A stretch of 64,000 bases of DNA, taken from Candidatus Latescibacterota bacterium (GTDB lineage: Bacteria; Latescibacterota; UBA2968; GCA-2709665). Below the pieces are notes generated by a model. The model made no database searches. It saw nothing but the letters and a program-made list of their open reading frames with translations, and was not told where the DNA came from. This document shows, piece after piece, positions 29,024 through 39,490 of the stretch. The stretch is from assembly GCA_963662665.2 (NCBI GenBank), contig CAXXJS010000036.1, positions 1 through 64,000 on the forward strand, read 5' to 3'. Made by a program: the position numbers and the translations under genes. Within the stretch, counting starts at the first letter, position 1. The number at the start of each line of letters is the position of its first letter.

Positions 29024-30256
29024 CTATCCTTCATGTACTTCCGTGTCCTGCCAGAACGTTATCCAGGCGAACCAGAAGGCGCCGTGCCCCGGGACTCTCT
29101 GCAGCACACTGTCTTCCAGGGGCCCCGCAATAGCCCGGCCCTTCAGATCCCACATGGTTTCGGTCTCCCGATCCCGCAACATGAATGGGTACGTCTGCGA
29201 GGCGGACGGGATTTTCTGAAAGTTCAGCGTCCGCTGTGCATAATCCCGGCTGAAGGCCACGGCCATTTGTTCGGCCCCGTACCATACGACAAGGATGTTT
29301 CTATCGGCCAGCGTATCGTTGATCACCGCCTCATCGCCCAGGGCAGACAGTGGATATGCTTTTGCTTTTTCGACAAAACGGACCCCGAAAATCAGTTCCT
29401 TGGGCAAAAAGAGTTTCGTGAGCGGATTGTCTTCAAGACGTGGAAACACCTGGAACCACGGGGCGGAATCGGGATCTCGATATAATCCATAAGGATATAT
29501 ATTGTATTCACTTATATCAAATATTCCGGGCGTGTTGCTGCTGATGACGAACGTGTCGGGATGAAGTTGTTTCCAGTATCGCCAGGTGGTTTCCACGAAG
29601 GGCGGGGTATTCAGGACCCATCCGGCCCTGACGCCGGAAATGCCCGTATGGGTCATCTGGGGATAGCGAATCTGGTCGTCATTCAGATCGTACATGATCA
29701 GATTGTTGTTAAACAGTTCTCCGGTTGCACCGAACTTGAGCCGGTTGATCGCGCCGCCGCTCCATGCCGCGAATACGATGCCGCTCCCGGTTAATGGTGA
29801 AAACGTCACCGAAATGGGCTGCCCGCCAATCCGGTCGTTGACGATCTGGTGGTACCACGCGATTTTGTGGGGATAGGCTTTGGATATGCCGTTGAGACGC
29901 ACTCCGATGACCAGGTCGTCGTCCGAAATATAACGAGCCTCCGCTGAAGCAGCCGGAACGAACCGCGGGTCGATCAAGGCGCGCGTTGCATCTTTTTCGT
30001 AGACACTCTCGATCCTGTCGTGCGGAAACGTCAGGGGGTTCAGGAAATTGCGTCCGGTGAATGCTACTGACCCGACCCGGCTGGAGTCGGCGCCGCTGGC
30101 CGGGTTGTCCTGAAGTACGGTCTTGAACGTCCGGCCGCCGGAGCTATCGGAACCGTTTTCGGGATCGGTGGGCATTTCCCTTCCGCAGCCGGCTGCACTG
30201 ACTGCGAGAAACTCCAGAATAAGTCGGAACGTGGGTCGTGCGGTGAAGTGAGTCAT
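29024..30256 (-). CDS. DUF3179 family lipoprotein (Ser at the usual Cys site)
   Basis: Lipobox AAGC, KAYP, VTFSPLTGSG, LFNNNLIMYD, TTW..WK..HPDT, FWFAW. Confidence 0.8.
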   Translation of the reverse strand: MTHFTARPTFRLILEFLAVSAAGCGREMPTDPENGSDSSGGRTFKTVLQDNPASGADSSRVGSVAFTGRNFLNPLTFPHDRIESVYEKDATRALIDPRFVPAASAEARYISDDDLVIGVRLNGISKAYPHKIAWYHQIVNDRIGGQPISVTFSPLTGSGIVFAAWSGGAINRLKFGATGELFNNNLIMYDLNDDQIRYPQMTHTGISGVRAGWVLNTPPFVETTWRYWKQLHPDTFVISSNTPGIFDISEYNIYPYGLYRDPDSAPWFQVFPRLEDNPLTKLFLPKELIFGVRFVEKAKAYPLSALGDEAVINDTLADRNILVVWYGAEQMAVAFSRDYAQRTLNFQKIPSASQTYPFMLRDRETETMWDLKGRAIAGPLEDSVLQRVPGHGAFWFAWITFWQDTEVHEG

Positions 30257-30411
30257 CCGGAGTCGTGATTGGCGTGGAATTCGGACGGCGTCGTAGATGA
30301 CCACGTCCGATCGCGTACGAGATCGCCGGTCGCGAAAATCCTCTTCCTGCCGCAAATGGCCCGGTCCCGTAGAGACGGAACCGGGCCAGGTGTGTTTCTT
30401 TTTGCCGGGGC

Positions 30412-31035
30412 CTACCTGAAGAACACCGAGACGCCGACGGTCGCGACGTGGCGGTTCAGGCGCTGGCCGTCGGTAAACAGTGCGACGTACGCGTATCGTG
30501 TGGTCAGTGCCGTGCGGTTGGATATTGACCTCCTGAACCCGCCGCCGCCGCCCACTTCGCTTACGCCTGCCCACCCCCAGTAGTCTCTGGCGGCGAACAC
30601 CTCGAGGAACGGGGATGTGCGCCTGTCCACTCTCAGCGGAATGTTGAGCCTGTAGAAGCCGGACAGCGAGGAGCCGAAACCGTCTTCGGCCGACACGGGA
30701 TATCCGGCCGTGGTCTGTACGGGCAGGACCGGCGTCTCGATAATCTCATTTTGATCTCCAAAGCGATCGTACGCCCGGTTGCCCACCACGAAAGACCCGC
30801 CGATCTGGTGCAGGCGGCTCAATGCATATCCTAACGACACACCGCCCCGATAGAACATCTCGCCGTTGTTTATGCCCACGGAAAGAATGGGGATAACCTC
30901 CAGGCGTCCGGCCCGAATGGGACTCAGCGTTACGCCTCTTTCATCATCCGGCTCCTCTCCCGGAAAAAAATCGGCATGCGCCGGGGAGATCCAGGACAGC
31001 ATCCCAACTGTAAGAACGACGATAGCATTTTTCAT
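30412..31035 (-). CDS. outer-membrane beta-barrel protein
   Basis: Signal peptide ending AHA, amphipathic strands, C-terminal VGVSVFFR. Confidence 0.6.
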   Translation of the reverse strand: MKNAIVVLTVGMLSWISPAHADFFPGEEPDDERGVTLSPIRAGRLEVIPILSVGINNGEMFYRGGVSLGYALSRLHQIGGSFVVGNRAYDRFGDQNEIIETPVLPVQTTAGYPVSAEDGFGSSLSGFYRLNIPLRVDRRTSPFLEVFAARDYWGWAGVSEVGGGGGFRRSISNRTALTTRYAYVALFTDGQRLNRHVATVGVSVFFR

Positions 31036-31138
31036 GGCGCGACTCCTTTCGTTAAGAGGTGTTCGTTTCCCGACCAGAGGGTTTCCTTTCCGTGACGGCT
31101 GCCGGCTTTGCGCTGTTGCCGTCGCCGTCACAGCGGCT

Positions 31139-31903
31139 TCAGATACAACCGGGAACGGCGGCGCCCCGGACCAGCATCGCGTCGTTATTCTCGGCCGGTC
31201 CTGTATAGCGGCATCTCGCGCTGACGTAGTGCGTGGCATAGCCCCGCCGGCGCAGGTCGGACCTGTTCGGCCGGCTGCAGTGCAGTATCAGCCCATGGTG
31301 AAAGCTGCAACTGCCTGCTTTCAATTCTATGGGCCGTTCTTCCGGCAGCCTGCCGTCCAATGACATTTCTTCATAGGCCGCCCATTTCTCCTTGGGTATG
31401 ATCCCGAACCGGTGGGTTCCAGGCAGCATCCAGAGGCATCCGTTTTCTATGGTCGCATCATTCAACGCCGCCCAGCAGGTGACCATATCGGGCGGGTCGA
31501 TGTGGAATCCGAGCGGCATATCCTGGTGGTACGGTTGCCGGGAACCAATTCTGGGCGGTTTCATAAACCACTGATCCTGATAGAGCTTGAGGTCAGGGCC
31601 GAGCAGGGACTCGATCACGTCCAGTATCTTCGGGCTGCGAGCGTGGGACTCGAATACTTCGTCGCAGAACGCGAGATGGCTCATCTTTCGAAGTGAATCC
31701 GCACACGTGGCCGCCGTCGCCATTCCCGTGTCTACCGCAGGCTCAGACTGCAGCAGTTTTCTTGAAACGTGCGGGGCCCGGCCGCTTGCCACCCATTCGG
31801 CCCTTGCGAGAAGCGCCTCGACTTCATCGGCGTCGAGCATGTCCTCTACCACCAGCACGCCTTCTTCCCGAAATTGATCCACTTGCGTATCGGTCGGCTT
31901 CAT
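31139..31903 (-). CDS. PhyH family dioxygenase
   Basis: FMKPP, YHQD, ENGCLWMLPGTH, LHCS. Confidence 0.9.
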   Translation of the reverse strand: MKPTDTQVDQFREEGVLVVEDMLDADEVEALLARAEWVASGRAPHVSRKLLQSEPAVDTGMATAATCADSLRKMSHLAFCDEVFESHARSPKILDVIESLLGPDLKLYQDQWFMKPPRIGSRQPYHQDMPLGFHIDPPDMVTCWAALNDATIENGCLWMLPGTHRFGIIPKEKWAAYEEMSLDGRLPEERPIELKAGSCSFHHGLILHCSRPNRSDLRRRGYATHYVSARCRYTGPAENNDAMLVRGAAVPGCI

Positions 31904-32059
31904 ATCACACCTCTCTTCACTCGTCACGGCAATCAAGTCGGAAAGACGGCGCGAAACGCCGACACGTGCCATCGGTTAACATGCGGGTTTTGGTCCGGGG
32001 ATTCGGCAGGCTGTACGAGAACCCGCATTTAGCGAAGCACAGGGACATGTCCGGATCGC

Positions 32060-33007
32060 TCATCTCCCGCCGGGCTCGAAGTCCCGCGCAAACGCGTTGC
32101 CCTGGTAGGAAATGCCGACGACGGCCATCCAGCCGGCCGGATAGTTGCGGCCGTGGACCGAAATGTTCATTGCCGTTTCCAACGTCATCCCGCGGAATGG
32201 CCCCAGGCTGATCCCAGGTGAAATATAGGTAATTCTCTTGATGTCCGACTGGATTCTAACGCCGAAGACCGTAGCGGCTCTGCCCCTGACGCCATGGATC
32301 TTTACGCCGACCAGCGTTGAACGGCGCACCTGTACGCCGGCTTCCGCGAGGAAGGTCCACTCATTACCGGGGTCACGGTCGGTCTCCGCGTTCCTCAGGC
32401 GGAGCCTGTAACCGACGTCGGCATTGACATACACGGGCATGGGCCAGAAGGAGCGGCCCAATTGAACGATTGCGTCGAAGTCCCACTGTCCTTCCCCAAC
32501 CGGAATCAGGCCGTCTTCATTGACAAATTCGCCGGATGGCGCCTTGAAACCCAGCTTCACCGTGCCCACGGTGCGCCGGTTCAACAGGTTGACCTTGAGG
32601 AATCCACGGACGTCTCCGAAACCGGTCGCCTTTCTGGGTTCTCCAAAGCCGGTGAGGAGCGGCGTATCCTGGTACTCCTGGTTGAAGAAGGGCAGCTGCA
32701 GGCCGACGTCGATTCTGTCCGTTGCACCGTAAAAGAGATCGAAAAACAGGGCACGGGAACGGTACCTGCCGTTAAACCGATACCGGGCGCGGTTCCCGAC
32801 GTTGTAGATCCTCCCTGGATCCGGTCCTCTTCCCGATCCGGCCGCGCCCACGTATTCTTCGTCGGTCGTCTGGCTCAGGAAGGCTGCTTTACACCACACG
32901 TGATTCCTGGGAAGCGTCCATGCGCCTGCGAAAACGTCTGTGGGTATCGGGCAGGCGATGGCCGCGAGCAGTCCGACCGCGGCGGGCTTGAGGAGCACGT
33001 TCTTCAT
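32060..33007 (-). CDS. outer-membrane beta-barrel (MetA-pathway 'transporter'-like)
   Basis: Signal peptide then AGAWTLP, GFGD, K.PSG, G.GQWD motifs. Confidence 0.65.
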   Translation of the reverse strand: MKNVLLKPAAVGLLAAIACPIPTDVFAGAWTLPRNHVWCKAAFLSQTTDEEYVGAAGSGRGPDPGRIYNVGNRARYRFNGRYRSRALFFDLFYGATDRIDVGLQLPFFNQEYQDTPLLTGFGEPRKATGFGDVRGFLKVNLLNRRTVGTVKLGFKAPSGEFVNEDGLIPVGEGQWDFDAIVQLGRSFWPMPVYVNADVGYRLRLRNAETDRDPGNEWTFLAEAGVQVRRSTLVGVKIHGVRGRAATVFGVRIQSDIKRITYISPGISLGPFRGMTLETAMNISVHGRNYPAGWMAVVGISYQGNAFARDFEPGGR

Positions 33008-33126
33008 GAACCGTACCGCGGTTCGGAATCAGGACACGTGAACCACGTCGGCTGTACCTGCGATGCTGAAGTATCCAATAGCACATCCAATCGGGCTCGG
33101 CATTCAGGGTATTCCTCGTTCTTCGG

Positions 33127-34302
33127 TCAGGGCCGGTAGACCGCGGTATCCTGCCAGAAGGTGGCCCAGGCAAACCAGAATGCGTTGTGTGCGGGGATCT
33201 GATAGAGCTGGTTACCTCGAAGTTCGCCCGCCAGTGCCTGACCCAGCAGGTTCCAGGTGGTCCCGGTTTCGAGGTCTCTCATCGAAAAGTCAAACCGCCG
33301 ATCCGTGGAAGGCACTTTCTCAAAGTTGAGTGTCAGATTGCCCAGATCTCGGCGGAAGGGCAGTGCCATGCGCGCTGCGGCGTCGTAAACGACGAGGACG
33401 TTCTGATCTGCGACCCGGTCGTTGATTACGGCCCGGTCGTCACCCATTTGAGAAAAGGGATACGCCTTGGCGAAGTTTCCGAATCGAACCCCCAGTACGA
33501 TCTCTTTCGGCGGATAATCGTGTACAATGGGATTGTCGTCCGGTTCCGGAAACAGGGGAAACATGGGCGCCGACGCCGGTTCCCGGTAGCCCGTGTAAGG
33601 GTAAGATGAATAGCGCTCCGGCCGGTACATGCCCGTGGAACCCGAACTGACGATCAGCGTGCCGGGGTGAATCCTTTTCCAGTTGCCCCAGGTGGTTTCG
33701 ACCACGGGCATCAACGTGAGTTCCTGCTCGGTGCCGTAGCCCCTGATGCCGATATGGGTCATCTGAGGGTAAAGGGTGTCTTCAAATCGACGGTCGTACA
33801 TCACGAGATTGTTGTTGAACAGCAGACCGGAGACGCCGAGCTCCAGCCGCCCGTTGCCCTCGCCCTGCCCGTCGAAGACCATCCCGGTGCCCGTGAGCGG
33901 GCATAACGTGACAACAAGGGCACGGTCGCTCGCGACGTCGTTGACGATTTCATGGTGCCAGCCGATATTGTGCGGGTAGGCTTTGGCGACGCCGTCGAGG
34001 TAAACCCCGAGTACGAGATCCTCGTCGAGAAGATAGGTGGCGTAGGCCGAACCCGCGCGGACAAAATCCGGATCCGTCAGCGCGGGGATGCCGTCCTTGG
34101 CCACGCCGCCGCTGATCAGTCGGTTCATGGGAAAGCGCGATACGTTCAGAAAGTTCCTTGACGCCAGCGGCGCTGCACTGCCTGCCTCACCGTTGCTTCC
34201 GGTTTCCGGGGGAGACACCGGAGCAGATGGCGTCTTGCCGCCGCAAGCGGAGAGCGCGCCGGCAACAGCGAACGCAAATGCCAGATGAAGGGGAGGCTTC
34301 AT
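33127..34302 (-). CDS. DUF3179 family lipoprotein
   Basis: Lipobox LSAC, SGGVAKDGIPAL, HEIVND, TLCPLTGTG, FWFAW. Confidence 0.88.
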   Translation of the reverse strand: MKPPLHLAFAFAVAGALSACGGKTPSAPVSPPETGSNGEAGSAAPLASRNFLNVSRFPMNRLISGGVAKDGIPALTDPDFVRAGSAYATYLLDEDLVLGVYLDGVAKAYPHNIGWHHEIVNDVASDRALVVTLCPLTGTGMVFDGQGEGNGRLELGVSGLLFNNNLVMYDRRFEDTLYPQMTHIGIRGYGTEQELTLMPVVETTWGNWKRIHPGTLIVSSGSTGMYRPERYSSYPYTGYREPASAPMFPLFPEPDDNPIVHDYPPKEIVLGVRFGNFAKAYPFSQMGDDRAVINDRVADQNVLVVYDAAARMALPFRRDLGNLTLNFEKVPSTDRRFDFSMRDLETGTTWNLLGQALAGELRGNQLYQIPAHNAFWFAWATFWQDTAVYRP

Positions 34303-34620
34303 ATGCGACAGATCCAAATGACGGGATACCGTATACGCTCAAGACCCGGTCCAGCGCGTTCCATGTACGTGATTTTGCGTCTGTCCTGTGAAATCTAACC
34401 AGTTTGAACCCAAAAAAAAAGTACAATGAGCGCCGATTCCACGTATTTTCATGGTCGAGACCGGGATGGCAAGCCGAACACGGCCGGCAGTACAGACAGA
34501 AAATGTCAATTCCGGCGAGATTGGGATTCGTAGCATTGTTCTTGCTTTTGTGACGAACCATATCTAAATTATCTATACATTTGGTCACTGTTTTTCGGCT
34601 GCGAAGAGTGTCACGAGGTG

Positions 34621-36633
34621 ATGATGAAGCGTTTTCGGGTCAAGGCGCCGTTTGAGCCGGCCGGCGACCAGCCGGCGGCAATCGCTGAATTGAGCGAGGG
34701 CGTTCAACGTGGCGACCGGTTTCAGACCCTGCTGGGGGCGACCGGAACGGGTAAGACGTATACGATTTCGAAAGTCATCGAGGCGATACAGATGCCAACC
34801 CTCGTCATTTCGCATAACAAGACGCTGGCGGCTCAGTTGTATGGTGAATTCAAGACGTTTTTTCCGGACAACGCGGTGGAGTATTTCATTTCCTATTACG
34901 ACTATTATCAGCCCGAGGCATATAAGCCCGTAACGGATACCTTCATTGAAAAGGAAGCCGACATCAACGATGAGATCAACCGGTTGCGCCTTCGGGCGAC
35001 GAGTGCGTTGATGGAGCGTCAGGACGTGATTATCGTGGCCAGCGTATCCTGCATTTACGGGATCGGCAATCCGGAAGAGTACGAGGGCATGCACGTCATG
35101 ATCGACCGGGGGGACAGGGTGGACCGGGACGATCTGCTTCGCCGGCTGGTGGACATACACTACACGCGTAACGATGTGGACTTCGGACCGGGAACCTTTC
35201 GGGTGCGCGGCGACGTGGTGGAGATCTATCGACCCGACCGGGACGATCCGGTTCGCGTGGAATTCTTCGGAGACGAAGTGGACGCGATCAGTCTGGTGAA
35301 ACACGTGACAGGGGAGGTGCTGGATTCGCAGGAACGGGCCGCGATTTATCCGGCGCGCCACTTCGTGACCAGCGGCGAGCGGATCGAGCGGGCGATCGAG
35401 CAAATCGAGATTGACATGGCCGGGCAGCTTGATGAATTCAGAAACAAGGGGAAACTGCTTGAAGCCCAACGTCTGGAGACCCGGACGCGGTACGATATCG
35501 AAATGATGCGTGAGATTGGCTACTGCGCAGGAATCGAGAATTACTCGAGATATATCGATGGGAGGGATCCCGGTCAGCCGCCCCACGTGTTACTGGACTA
35601 TTTCCCGGACGAATTCATGATTGTCGTCGACGAGTCGCACGTGACGCTGCCACAGATCCGGGGGATGTGGAACGCCGACCGATCGCGAAAAACGACATTG
35701 GTGGAACACGGGTTCAGGCTGCCCGCCGCGCTTGACAATCGTCCACTGTATTTCGAAGAATTCGAAGGAAAGGTGAAGTCCGGGATTTTCATGTCCGCCA
35801 CACCGGCGGACTATGAACTGGATAAGACAAAGGGCATTGTGGTCGAGCAGATTATACGGCCCACCGGCGTTCTGGATCCGGAGATGCAGGTACGACCGGT
35901 GCGCGGGCAGGTGGACGATCTGATCGACGAGGTCCGCGAGCATGTGGGGCGGAAAGAACGTGTGCTCGTCACCGCATTGACCAAGAGGATGTCGGAGGAT
36001 CTGGCCGAATACATGCGTGATCTGGGTATACGCGCCCGCTATATGCATTCGGAAATAGACTCCCTGGAACGCGTCGAAATTATCAGGGGATTGCGGCTGG
36101 CTGAATTCGACGTTCTGGTGGGCGTGAATCTGTTGCGCGAAGGCTTGGATCTTCCTGAAGTATCCCTGGTGGCGATTCTGGATGCGGATAAAGAGGGCTT
36201 CCTGCGCTCCACGCGTTCGCTGATTCAAACGGCGGGCCGGGCAGCCAGAAATGTGGCCGGCAAGGTCATTATGTACGCGGACAAGGTTACGGATTCCATG
36301 CGCCGGGCGATCGAAGAAACCAACCGCAGACGGCAGGTGCAGCAGGCATTCAATGAACGGATGAACGTGGTGCCGCAGACCGTCTACAAGAGCAGGGATG
36401 AGATTCTGCAATCCACGGCGGTCGCCGATGCCAGGCAGGAGGAGATGCCGCTTGCGGCGGAGGAAACGTCCGGGTACGAGGCCGGCGCCAACCTACCGGA
36501 CGCCATCGCGGACCTGGAAGACAAAATGGCCAGGGCGGCTGCTGAACTGGCATTCGAAAGAGCGGCAGAATACCGGGACGAGATTACCAGGCTGAAAGCC
36601 GGCATGAAGGGGGTCTCGGACGACGCTGCCTAG
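34621..36633 (+). CDS. uvrB: excinuclease ABC subunit B
   Basis: [38 protein letters not shown]-terminal UVR domain. Confidence 0.98.
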   Translation: MMKRFRVKAPFEPAGDQPAAIAELSEGVQRGDRFQTLLGATGTGKTYTISKVIEAIQMPTLVISHNKTLAAQLYGEFKTFFPDNAVEYFISYYDYYQPEAYKPVTDTFIEKEADINDEINRLRLRATSALMERQDVIIVASVSCIYGIGNPEEYEGMHVMIDRGDRVDRDDLLRRLVDIHYTRNDVDFGPGTFRVRGDVVEIYRPDRDDPVRVEFFGDEVDAISLVKHVTGEVLDSQERAAIYPARHFVTSGERIERAIEQIEIDMAGQLDEFRNKGKLLEAQRLETRTRYDIEMMREIGYCAGIENYSRYIDGRDPGQPPHVLLDYFPDEFMIVVDESHVTLPQIRGMWNADRSRKTTLVEHGFRLPAALDNRPLYFEEFEGKVKSGIFMSATPADYELDKTKGIVVEQIIRPTGVLDPEMQVRPVRGQVDDLIDEVREHVGRKERVLVTALTKRMSEDLAEYMRDLGIRARYMHSEIDSLERVEIIRGLRLAEFDVLVGVNLLREGLDLPEVSLVAILDADKEGFLRSTRSLIQTAGRAARNVAGKVIMYADKVTDSMRRAIEETNRRRQVQQAFNERMNVVPQTVYKSRDEILQSTAVADARQEEMPLAAEETSGYEAGANLPDAIADLEDKMARAAAELAFERAAEYRDEITRLKAGMKGVSDDAA

Positions 36634-36651
36634 GCGGGAAGACTGACTGAG

Positions 36652-37515
36652 ATGTTGAACCTGATGGAATGGGATGGCCTCGACCGTGTGGTCGACGCCG
36701 CGATTATGGAAGACGTGGGCGACGGCGACATTTCTACCGCCTGGACAGTGCGCGAAAAGACGCAAGTCCGGGCGGTGATGATCGCAAGGGCCCAGGGTGT
36801 TGTCGCAGGGCTGCCCGTGGCGAAACGGGTATTTCAGCGGGTTGATTCAGGTATCCGGTTGACGCCCCGAACCCCGGAGGGCGCGCGTGTTGAGGCCGAG
36901 GACGTGCTGGCCGACCTCGCCGGCCCGGCACGGGGTATCCTGACGGCGGAACGGACGGCATTGAATTTCCTGCAGCGCATGTCCGGAATCGCAACAATAA
37001 CGTCGGCCTACGTTGCCGCGGTCTCCGGGACAGGCGTAAGGATTCTGGATACCCGGAAAACCGCGCCCGGACTGCGGTTGCTGGACAAGTATGCGGTTGT
37101 GGCCGGTGGAGGAACCAGCCATCGCATGGGATTGCACGATATGGTACTCCTCAAGGAAAACCACATCGAAGCGGCGGACGGCATCGGACCGGCGGTCGCC
37201 GCGGTAAAGGCGGCCATGGGCAGGGACCGCAAGCGGGTTCTGATTGAAGTGGAAGTGAAAACCCTTCGAGAACTGGACGACGCGCTGGCCGTAGGCGTGG
37301 ATCGGGTGATGCTGGATAATATGGACCTGCAGACCACGCGCCTCGCGGTGGCGCGGGCAAATGCGTGTGGGCAGGAAAGGCCCCTCCTGGAGGCGTCCGG
37401 CAACGTCACACTCGAAACCGTTCGCGCCGTGGCTGACACCGGCGTGGACCTGATTTCGGTTGGCGCACTGACGCATTCGGCGCCCGCCCTCGATCTGAGC
37501 CTGTTATTCCAATGA
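36652..37515 (+). CDS. nadC: nicotinate-nucleotide pyrophosphorylase (carboxylating)
   Basis: ERTALNFLQRMSGIAT, DTRKTAPG, KENH, LDNM, GALTHS. Confidence 0.96.
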   Translation: MLNLMEWDGLDRVVDAAIMEDVGDGDISTAWTVREKTQVRAVMIARAQGVVAGLPVAKRVFQRVDSGIRLTPRTPEGARVEAEDVLADLAGPARGILTAERTALNFLQRMSGIATITSAYVAAVSGTGVRILDTRKTAPGLRLLDKYAVVAGGGTSHRMGLHDMVLLKENHIEAADGIGPAVAAVKAAMGRDRKRVLIEVEVKTLRELDDALAVGVDRVMLDNMDLQTTRLAVARANACGQERPLLEASGNVTLETVRAVADTGVDLISVGALTHSAPALDLSLLFQ

Positions 37516-38546
37516 GTGCGAAGCGGCCGTGTTTCTCCACGGAATCATTGCCCGGCGCCGTCGGCGTTGAGACCTCCATTTCGTATCGGGTACTCGAGGC
37601 GTTGGATAAGCATCGGGAGGAGCGGGTCTCGGTTGAACACCTGGCCGCGGCGCTTTCGTGTACGCCCGACGACGTCCGAAGCGCCATCGACGCGATGCGA
37701 CGCCTCGGATATTCCGTTTCTGATTGTACCGGCGCGGGCGTACGCCTGGACACGGAAACGGATGTGATCCTCCGGTCCCGACTTCTCGGGCGCCTGAGGA
37801 CCCTCGCCCTGGGTCGTTCTCCCGTGTGCCGTCTGTGCGTTGATTCAACAAATGCATTGGCCGCTCGGGCCGCTCTCGCCGGCGCGCCGCACGGCACCGT
37901 GGTCCTTTCGGAATATCAGGCGGCCGGTCGCGGGCGTCTTGGCAGGAAATGGTTTTCGCCGCCCGGCGTAGGACTCTGGTTCTCACTGATTCTTCGGTAC
38001 GAACTGCCGTTTTCACGCGCCTGGACGCTTACGCTCGGCGCGGCCGTCGCCCTGGCCGACGCCGTGGAGGTCTCAACCGGCACCCGGCCCGATGTCCGGT
38101 GGCCCAACGACCTGTATCTGAACGACCGCAAGCTTGCGGGTGTCCTTACGGAGGCGCGCGGCGGCACAGACGGATTACGCTTCGCCGTTCTCGGCATCGG
38201 GATCAATGTTAACCAGGAACATGCGGACTTTCCCGCGGGTCTGCAAGATACCGCGACGTCCCTCAGGTGCGTTACGGATAGTGTGTACGAGCGGACGAGC
38301 ATCCTGGCCGAGGTACTCCGGGCTCTGGAGCAGGTATACGGATGCCTGGATGCAGCGCGGATAAGAAAATTGTGGAAGGGGAAAGCCCGGATGCTGGGCA
38401 GGTCCGTTCGCATCCTGACCGGCGATGGCCCCGTTAACGGCGTGGCGGAGGACGTCGGAACCGATGGCGCGCTTCTTGTACGGTGTTGTGACGGCGGGGT
38501 CCGGAGGGTCCTGTTTGGCGACGTGGATGGCGACCTCGCGGTATAA
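37512..38546 (+). CDS. birA: biotin-protein ligase with N-terminal HTH
   Basis: DSTN, Q..GRGRLGRKW.SP, WPND, KLAGVLTE, GIGINVN. Confidence 0.93.
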   Translation: MSAKRPCFSTESLPGAVGVETSISYRVLEALDKHREERVSVEHLAAALSCTPDDVRSAIDAMRRLGYSVSDCTGAGVRLDTETDVILRSRLLGRLRTLALGRSPVCRLCVDSTNALAARAALAGAPHGTVVLSEYQAAGRGRLGRKWFSPPGVGLWFSLILRYELPFSRAWTLTLGAAVALADAVEVSTGTRPDVRWPNDLYLNDRKLAGVLTEARGGTDGLRFAVLGIGINVNQEHADFPAGLQDTATSLRCVTDSVYERTSILAEVLRALEQVYGCLDAARIRKLWKGKARMLGRSVRILTGDGPVNGVAEDVGTDGALLVRCCDGGVRRVLFGDVDGDLAV

Positions 38547-38618
38547 CGCTCCATAACCGACGGACCGCCGCTTGCGGACTTGAGGTTTCCGGTACGAACG
38601 TCACGACTGGGCAACTGA

Positions 38619-39392
38619 ATGTTTCTCGCTCTTGACATCGGGAATTCCAATATCGGCTGCGCCATATTCGACGGCGGCGACATTCGGACTCGCTGGTCCA
38701 TGAACACCAACGTCGGGCTGGGCAGTGTCGCGTATTCGACGTGTTTGCGCGCGCGTATCGAACAGGCGGGCATCGCAGTCCGTGCGCTGGAAGGCGCCAT
38801 TGCTTCGTCCGTGGTTCAGGGAATGGCAGAGATTCTGGGTGGGGCCGTCCGGACGATGTCAGGGTGTAATCTGATCTTGGCCGATGCCCGTTCCGACCCG
38901 GGGATCGACGTCGCCGCCGAGACGCCCGAGGCGGTGGGCGCTGACCGGCTTCTGGCGGCCGGTGCCGCCTTCCGGCTTGCCCGCGGCCCGGTGATTGTGG
39001 TTGATGCCGGAACCGCCCTGACAGTCGACCTGGTTTCAGCCGGGGGATGTTTCCTGGGCGGAACGATCGCTCCGGGCCTGAACGCTATGGCGGATGCGCT
39101 TGCATCGGGGACCAGCCTTCTGCCCGAGGTAATAATCCGGGCGCCGGCATCGGCGGTTGGGCGGGACACACCGGAGTGCATTCGCGCAGGTGTGGTGTTC
39201 GGGGCGGCGGGAGCCGTGGACCGTGTGGTCGAAGAATTGATCGCCACCGCCGACGGGGCGCCGCGCGTGTTCCTGACAGGCGGAGACGCGACGTTCCTTT
39301 CACCATATATCAGGTCTCCGCACGTTTCTGAACCCGACCTGGTGCTACGTGGACTCGCATACGCGTACCGGCGGCGGCATCAACCAGCGTAG
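38619..39392 (+). CDS. coaX: type III pantothenate kinase
   Basis: LDIGNS, VGADR, VDAGTALT.D, GG.I.PG, TGGD. Confidence 0.95.
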   Translation: MFLALDIGNSNIGCAIFDGGDIRTRWSMNTNVGLGSVAYSTCLRARIEQAGIAVRALEGAIASSVVQGMAEILGGAVRTMSGCNLILADARSDPGIDVAAETPEAVGADRLLAAGAAFRLARGPVIVVDAGTALTVDLVSAGGCFLGGTIAPGLNAMADALASGTSLLPEVIIRAPASAVGRDTPECIRAGVVFGAAGAVDRVVEELIATADGAPRVFLTGGDATFLSPYIRSPHVSEPDLVLRGLAYAYRRRHQPA

Positions 39393-39403
39393 GCAGGCGG
39401 TTT

Positions 39404-39449
39404 AAAAAAAAACAGTCCCGCGGGCGGTATCGCCTGGCGCGGGATTTTT
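39404..39449. terminator. bidirectional intrinsic terminator
   Basis: A tract, TCCCGCG..CGCGGGA stem and T tract between convergent genes. Confidence 0.7.
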
Positions 39450-39490
39450 GCGTACGTGCGCGGTGGAAAAGTCGGTTCTTTCGCCGCCGT

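Noticed and set aside
34440-34620. LexA/SOS box upstream of uvrB
   Set aside because: GAAC/GTTC half-sites are present, but none form a known consensus spacing.
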